A DNA stretch of 64,000 bases from a bacterium. GTDB lineage: Bacteria > Verrucomicrobiota > Verrucomicrobiia > Limisphaerales > UBA11358. Each line of letters opens with the position of its first letter. Position 1 is the stretch's first letter. Below are positions 58,559 through 64,000 of this stretch, piece by piece. A program made the translations under genes and the position numbers. The notes beneath the pieces were generated by a model. It saw only the letters and a program-made list of their open reading frames with translations. It searched no databases and was not told the origin of the DNA. The stretch spans positions 84,929-148,928 of the forward strand of contig JAKAFL010000002.1 of assembly GCA_021817945.1 (NCBI GenBank), written 5' to 3'.

Positions 58559-59629
58559 GTGGCGTGCATCAACCATTTGCAATATGGAAATGAAGCCATG
58601 AAAAACACAGGAAAAAGCCCGTCCGATCCTGAATTGCTGCGCCGCATAAGAGAACTGATCACCTACAAGGGAGGAGGGCACAATCAACAGGAAGTGGCTG
58701 ACATCGTGGAAAACGCGCTCAAGCTTTTGACCGATGTCCAGGACCGTGGTGATGTGAGGGTGATTCAAACAGCCTTGCGGGAATTGCGCTATGCCTTTCG
58801 CCTTTTCGCACCCTATGCCGACAAACGCAAGGTGTCTATCTTTGGATCCGCCCGAACCCGGCCCGATGCGGTGGAATATCATCAGGCAGTTGATTTTGGA
58901 CGCAAAATTGCCGAGGCGGGATTCATGGTGATCACGGGTGCCGGGCCGGGGATCATGCAGGCTGGCCATGAGGGTGCCACCCCGGCAAATAGTTTTGGCG
59001 TCAACATCCGCCTGCCTTGGGAACAAAGCGCCAATCCTGTCATCGCTGAAGACAAAAAGCTCATCACATTTAAATACTTTTTTACCCGCAAACTCATTTT
59101 CATCCGGCATTCGGACGCCATTGTTCTATTTCCAGGCGGTTTTGGCACCTTGGATGAGGGTTATGAAGCCATTACCCTCATGCAAACCGGCAAGTCCCAG
59201 CTTATGCCGCTGGTGTTGGTGGAAAAGCCCGGCGGATCCTATTGGAAAAACTGGGATGTCCAAGTGCGCCAGGAACTCCTGGGCAACCGCCTGATTTCAC
59301 CCGATGACCTGAGTTTGTACCAGATCACTGACAACACCGATGAAGCAGTGCGGATCATCCGTCAGTTTTATAAAAACTACCAATCCAGTCGTTTTGTCCG
59401 CGAGCTTTTGGTGATGCGCCTTAAGACCCTCCCAGGAAATGCAACTTTGGCCGCATTGAATAAAGATTTTAATGACATTCTTTTGAACGGCAAGATCCAG
59501 CCAGCGCCACCCACGCCGGAAGAACTTGAAGATCAAGACAACCTTGATTTGGAACGCATCACGCTTCCTTTCAACCGACGCGATTACGGCCGCTTGCGCC
59601 AACTGATTGACGCCTTGAACAGCATGTGA
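58559..59629 (+). CDS. LOG/TIGR00730-family nucleotide-binding protein with C-terminal extension (PpnN-like?)
   Basis: GAGPGIMQAGHEGA and PGGFGTLDE motifs. An alternative start is at 58598. Confidence 0.7.
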   Translation: MACINHLQYGNEAMKNTGKSPSDPELLRRIRELITYKGGGHNQQEVADIVENALKLLTDVQDRGDVRVIQTALRELRYAFRLFAPYADKRKVSIFGSARTRPDAVEYHQAVDFGRKIAEAGFMVITGAGPGIMQAGHEGATPANSFGVNIRLPWEQSANPVIAEDKKLITFKYFFTRKLIFIRHSDAIVLFPGGFGTLDEGYEAITLMQTGKSQLMPLVLVEKPGGSYWKNWDVQVRQELLGNRLISPDDLSLYQITDNTDEAVRIIRQFYKNYQSSRFVRELLVMRLKTLPGNATLAALNKDFNDILLNGKIQPAPPTPEELEDQDNLDLERITLPFNRRDYGRLRQLIDALNSM

Positions 59630-59831
59630 TGCTTTTTCGCGTCCTTTTCCAAACTGGGGCGGGAAGCACCACTCATCAGGTGCTTCCGGATAAAATGGGA
59701 TTCACTTGCTTAAATCCCATGACAGGGGCATGCCTCGCTCAGGCCGGCACCCCCGTCCCGGCGCTTGATGCTTTTTTACGCATTATCTCCATGGAGAAGA
59801 GGTGCGCCACCAACCTGAATGCTTGATGCCT

Positions 59832-61535
59832 TTAATTATTCATTCGCCATGGGGAAACTCCATTCCAGTTATTCAATGCCTCCTCGGCCCATTTCGTGGT
59901 TTTATCCTTATGACAAAGATTGCAGGCATTGGGAATGCCCAAGTTTTCCGAGTCTGCCGGAGTAATGAACCGAAAGGTATGACTGCGCACATTCACGTCC
60001 GCAATTGTTTGGGCAATTGGGGGCATATGACATGCTATGCAGTCGCTTCCCTTGCTTCCTGGCTTATGGTGCGTGTGCGCTTGGAGCGTGAGTGCATGGG
60101 GCCCGTTTGGGGAACCCGGCCCATGACAATCTAGACACAAGACACTCGCGGGCTTTCGAAGCAAGGCAGCCTGATCACTGCCGTGCGGATCATGGCAGGT
60201 GAAGCAGGTCACGCCGTGGATGTACATGTGGCTCAGGACAAAGTCATTTCCTTGCATCCGGTTTTTATGGGCAGTTCCATCAGGGAAATGGGTGAAAGTG
60301 GTGGTTCCCAGTTTATGCGCTTCAAGCTTCCAAAAATCGGAAAGCTTTTCACCCATGTGAAAACCCACGGGCCAATCATAATACATCCCATTCACCGGGT
60401 TGGCCACAGGTCTGCCTTGGGAATGGCATTGAATACAGGTGTCATTGGCTTGAACAAAATTCAATCGTTCAGGATTAATGATGGTGGCATCGACTGGATT
60501 CCTGACATGCTCGCTGCCGGGACCGTGGCAAGCTTCACACCCCACGTTCCACTCGGTGACGGTTTTTGCCTGAACATCATAATTGACCGAGTGACATCCG
60601 TCACAGGTGGGACCTGTGGGGCGCTTGAAATTATCCGGAGGATAAAGCGGCGCCCACCAATCGTCCCTGGCAAAATAAGGCCGCCAGAGCGCGTGGGTGA
60701 TGTCCCATTGCGCCGGCAGCGGATAATAGTCGGCCCCTATTCTTTTAAAATACCGCTGCTTCCACTTGGAACCGTAAACCAAGGCTATATCGTTCGTGGA
60801 AAAGGTGACGAGATTATTGCTGGCGGTAAAATCGGCGACCAAGGCACCGGGATGGACGCGCGGATCGCGAACGACGTTTGCCATGAGCGACTTTGCCCAA
60901 TGATTATAAATCTGCGCGTGGCAATTGGCGCAAGCCTTGGATCCCACGTAATGCGCTGTTGCTGACAGCCTCCGTGCGGTGGCGGAACGGGCCTTGCTGT
61001 CGGGCGCGACGGTTAACGGCAGGTTGTGGATATAAACGATGATCTGCCATATTTCCCGATCTGGTAGTTGCCAGCCTGGCATGGCTGTGTTTCGTATTCC
61101 ATTGCGGATGAAATAGAACAACTCGCCATCCATTCTTCCTCTCGATTCAAGCGCATCACGGCTCAGATCCAATGGTGGTGGGTAAAAACCGCTTCCCGCA
61201 GAAGTTTTACCCTTGCCATCGCAACCATGGCATGACTGGCAGTCCAACTGGTACAGCAGACGCCCTGACTCGGAATCCGCGCCATCCACTGCCGGATTGA
61301 GCGGGTTTTTGAGCTTTCGCGCCGAATTGGGCACGCTTAAATCCAAAATGTGACCTGCCAGAGACGTCTCCCAGGCAGGAGGTTTTTGACGAGCGATCAA
61401 ACCGCCCGATGAAATAAAATGCCACGTTACCGCCCAGGCCAGAACCAATGAAAACCCGGGGGCAACCAACCCGAGTACAAACCACTTCCATTTTTTCTTA
61501 ACAAAGGCCAACATGTCGCTGGGGACGCTATTCAA
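59832..61535 (-). CDS. Membrane-anchored multiheme cytochrome c (nine CxxCH motifs)
   Basis: N-terminal TM helix. Heme sites CQSCH, CANCH, CDGCH, CEACH, CIQCH, CFTCH, CLDCH, CIACH and CNLCH. Confidence 0.85.
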   Translation of the reverse strand: MNSVPSDMLAFVKKKWKWFVLGLVAPGFSLVLAWAVTWHFISSGGLIARQKPPAWETSLAGHILDLSVPNSARKLKNPLNPAVDGADSESGRLLYQLDCQSCHGCDGKGKTSAGSGFYPPPLDLSRDALESRGRMDGELFYFIRNGIRNTAMPGWQLPDREIWQIIVYIHNLPLTVAPDSKARSATARRLSATAHYVGSKACANCHAQIYNHWAKSLMANVVRDPRVHPGALVADFTASNNLVTFSTNDIALVYGSKWKQRYFKRIGADYYPLPAQWDITHALWRPYFARDDWWAPLYPPDNFKRPTGPTCDGCHSVNYDVQAKTVTEWNVGCEACHGPGSEHVRNPVDATIINPERLNFVQANDTCIQCHSQGRPVANPVNGMYYDWPVGFHMGEKLSDFWKLEAHKLGTTTFTHFPDGTAHKNRMQGNDFVLSHMYIHGVTCFTCHDPHGSDQAALLRKPASVLCLDCHGPGSPNGPHALTLQAHTHHKPGSKGSDCIACHMPPIAQTIADVNVRSHTFRFITPADSENLGIPNACNLCHKDKTTKWAEEALNNWNGVSPWRMNN

Positions 61536-61770
61536 GCAGTATCATAGGGCTGTCCACGGGAAGTTCCAATGAAGTTTGAGTTCTTTCTTGCTGGAATCCC
61601 ATTTTCAACCGGAACCATGGAATCTGCGTGAAGCCTCAATCCTGAAACTTGTCCGGAGATGAAAAGGAGCGATCTTTGCAAACCACCTCAACTTCACCAT
61701 CCGGGCCCGCAGTCATTTTAGGGCTGAACCCCGACCGTGGATTTCCCTCATGTCGCTTGATGACCGGTTT

Positions 61771-62835
61771 TCAATTCCGCAGATAATGACAGGTATATCC
61801 ACCGGGATTTTTTTGCAGGTAATCCTGGTGATATTCCTCCGCAGGATAAAATATCGTGGCAGGAATGATTTCCGTGACCACTGGATTCTTCCATTTTCCG
61901 GATTTGTCCACCTGCATTTTGACGCGTTCAGCAACCTCCCTTTGAGCCTGGCTGGTGTAAAAAATCGCTGACCGATATTGGGATCCGACGTCGTGCTGCT
62001 GGCGGTCACGCGTGGTGGGATCGTGCATGCGGAAGAAATAGCCAAGCAATTGCTCATAGCTCAACTTGGCGGGATTAAAAACCACCTTCACCGCCTCAGC
62101 GTGCCCGGTGGTGCGCGAACAGACCGTTTCATAGGTGGGATCGGGCGTGTGGCCGCCGGTGTACCCAACGGTGGTTTGAATGACGCCCGGAATGGAACGC
62201 AAAATTTCCTGCATCCCCCAGAAGCAGCCACCCGCCAGGATTGCGGTTTCGGTTTTGGGTTGAGGTTGGATCAAGCCAGCCTGAACGAATGGGGCAAGCT
62301 GATCGCCATAGCCAGCGGCGGCCATTTGGGCCAGGGGAATAAATTTAAGCGAAGCGGAATTGATGCAAAAACGCTGATGGGTTGGCCCCGGTCCGTCTTC
62401 AAAAACGTGCCCCAGGTGGGAATCCGCGCCAACCGAACGCACTTCAGTCCGCTCCATGCCAAAAGAGTCATCCGCTTTCTCAATGATGGCGTTCTGATCC
62501 ACAGGCCGGGTAAAACTGGGCCAACCGCAACCGGAATCAAACTTGTCCAGCGAGCTGAATAGAGGCTTTCCTGAGACGATATCCACATAAATACCCGGCG
62601 CATGATTGTCCCAGTATTCATTTTCAAACGGCGGCTCGGTGGCGGCCTCTTGGGTGACCCGGTACTGCATGGGAGTGAGTTTTTGCTTTCGTTCAGCCGG
62701 TGGAATGGGAGTGAAATGATTCATGGTGAAATTGTTTGATGCCAGCCCCGAACCAGCGCTTTCACTGGGTCGGCACCCAGCCAAAGCCATGGCAAGAAAG
62801 ACCAACCCGCACGCACGATTAAGAAACTGCCTCAT
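61771..62835 (-). CDS. msrBA: Exported (lipoprotein) bifunctional methionine sulfoxide reductase, MsrB domain followed by MsrA domain
   Basis: GCGWPSF and RFCINS (MsrB), then GCFWG (MsrA). Lipobox LAGC follows the Met at 62835. The ORF is open upstream to 63165, but that extension looks non-coding. Confidence 0.85.
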   Translation of the reverse strand: MRQFLNRACGLVFLAMALAGCRPSESAGSGLASNNFTMNHFTPIPPAERKQKLTPMQYRVTQEAATEPPFENEYWDNHAPGIYVDIVSGKPLFSSLDKFDSGCGWPSFTRPVDQNAIIEKADDSFGMERTEVRSVGADSHLGHVFEDGPGPTHQRFCINSASLKFIPLAQMAAAGYGDQLAPFVQAGLIQPQPKTETAILAGGCFWGMQEILRSIPGVIQTTVGYTGGHTPDPTYETVCSRTTGHAEAVKVVFNPAKLSYEQLLGYFFRMHDPTTRDRQQHDVGSQYRSAIFYTSQAQREVAERVKMQVDKSGKWKNPVVTEIIPATIFYPAEEYHQDYLQKNPGGYTCHYLRN

Positions 62836-63289
62836 GCAGGTCAGACGCGCAACTGGCGATTTCCTTACATTCCTCTTTTCATGCAAGGATTGCCTTCTTT
62901 GATCAACCGACTCGAACAGCTCCTTCCGGGTTGCCACGCCCGCTCCCCTTTGGATAGCCGGGTCTTTTAAATGAATCCGCGTTGACCGTTGAGACTCATG
63001 GGGGTGGAAATTGCAAATACTCGGATTGAAAAATGCAACATAAGCCCCTCCCGAAAGCTCAGCTCGGGCGCATATCGGTTTTAGGCTGGTGAAATTTGGG
63101 TGGAAGGAGAGTGAAAGGGCGGTTTTGGGTTTGTTTTTGACCATGTGGAGCATAGGCATGCCCAACGGGGGGCGGATATTCCCCGCAATCTTGGTTAGAT
63201 TGGATGCTTTTTATGTGCCGCCCCTATGAGGCTCGGAATGATTTTTGGAGGTTGAATTTCTACGAATAGGTCGCCCCTCTGGGACTTGG

Positions 63290-63940
63290 CGGAACACCCC
63301 CATTCCGAAAACTCAGCACCACCTCTCCCCGTCCCTCTCCCCCAATGAAATTGGCGGAGAGGGGGTAAGACGCGACGGATTCAAGGTGGCCCTTATTCCA
63401 TTTCGAGCGCCCCAAACGCTCCACCCCTTCAAAGGCATAAAACAACCCAGCGCCTCTTATTCCCTCTCCCCGCGAACGGAGTGTGGGGGAGAGGGAAAGA
63501 GCCTTTCTGGAAATGACGATGGGAGCTGCGGCGATGGATTTTGGGTTCAGCCGAGCCGTGAGCGACGAGCATACCCCACGTGGGTCTGTAAGGAGTGAAC
63601 AACAAAGGCTGAAGACAAAAGACACGCCGCCCGATGGGTTTTCGACAGACAACAGCACCCTTTGCCATTTCCAGACAGGCTCTCCAAGGGAGAGGGGCAC
63701 TCGCAAACAGCCAGCGCGATAAATGAGCAATCTCATTTTCCGAAAGATCAGCGCCACCCCTCCCCGGCCCTCCCCATCAATGGGAATTGATGGAGAGGAA
63801 GAAAGCGGCGATGGATTCAATAGGGTTTTAACCATTTCGAGCGTCGAGGATGACCGGTATTTTAAAGCGCATTCAATAACCCTGCGCCTCTGGTTTCCTT
63901 GCCCCGCCAGCGGAGGGCTGGAAGAGGATCAAAGAGGGGA
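63290..63940 (-). repeat. Mosaic hairpin-repeat array 8 (inverted orientation; may continue to window end)
   Basis: Reverse-complement H1 at 63335-63361, 192-bp element copy 6, ATCAAT-variant hairpin at 63768-63797 and reverse H2 near 63880-63940. Confidence 0.85.
63494..63685 (-). repeat. 192-bp inverted-repeat-bounded element, copy 6 (most diverged)
   Basis: The reverse complement aligns end to end with copies 1-5 without indels. Confidence 0.85.
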
Positions 63941-64000
63941 AAAAACGGTGACTTTGCCGAAACTATTGAAATTTCAAACAGTGCGGGTGAACCGCCCAAA

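Noticed and set aside
59662-59720. Two perfect hairpins lie in the convergent gap between the LOG-family gene and the cytochrome gene: GGAAGCACC/GGTGCTTCC and ATGGGATT/AATCCCAT.
   Set aside because: No U-tract follows on either strand, so a terminator role cannot be supported from sequence alone.
62836-63165. A 110-aa N-terminal extension of the msrBA ORF.
   Set aside because: The internal Met at 62835 is followed by a textbook lipoprotein signal peptide. The extension has no domain features and runs toward repeat array 8.
1-64000. tRNA, rRNA, tmRNA or riboswitch genes in the intergenic gaps.
   Set aside because: Nothing with cloverleaf-like or otherwise recognisable conserved structure was seen by eye. 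This is a weak negative without tRNAscan or Infernal.

Overview
This 64-kb window has a G+C-rich backbone with AT-rich inserts. One sampled 60-nt line at 14101 has 36 G+C, and one at 27601 has 20 G+C. Gene content and repeat style resemble a Verrucomicrobiota/PVC-type bacterium, but I cannot verify taxonomy without a search. All family calls below rest on motif recognition by eye, not on database searches.

Positions ~821-45418 form one minus-strand array of surface-glycan assembly genes:
- It starts with a NusG/RfaH-like paralog, an AraC regulator, a Wzc-like tyrosine autokinase and a DUF218 protein.
- It continues with a DUF559 protein, an SDR epimerase and an ABC exporter.
- It holds 15 intact predicted glycosyltransferases, one possible GT-D enzyme and two GT pseudogenes.
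- It also encodes an acyltransferase-3, a Wzy-like polymerase and a 1483-aa internally duplicated beta-helix protein.
- It ends with a WecA-type initiating transferase fused to an extra module, a TPR protein and a clear intrinsic terminator.

The right-hand third carries a LuxR-type response regulator, a CheY-like receiver, a REC-PAS-HisKA_3 kinase, an SDR, lepB-lepA, a GH2 hydrolase, a LOG-family protein, a nine-heme cytochrome c and an exported MsrB-MsrA fusion. The left edge holds the 3' part of a GlcD-like FAD oxidase. I saw no rRNA, tRNA, CRISPR array or canonical defence system.

The most unusual structure is non-coding. A mosaic hairpin-repeat family with a 242-244 bp unit fills eight intergenic arrays, about 5.8 kb or 9% of the window. 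Three things are tied to it:
- A 192-bp element bounded by inverted repeats is always nested at the same site of the repeat unit.
- A DUF559 endonuclease-like gene sits exactly in the spacer slot of one unit.
- A gene-proximal edge motif occurs just upstream of four start codons.

Other notable points:
- An AT-rich acyltransferase cassette is flanked by a duplicated gene junction.
- An 11-mer is shared upstream of wzc, the NusG paralog and the kinase.
- No Wzx or Wza gene is present.
- Decay scars include an IS630 remnant, a nonsense-riddled GT2 gene and a paralog stub.
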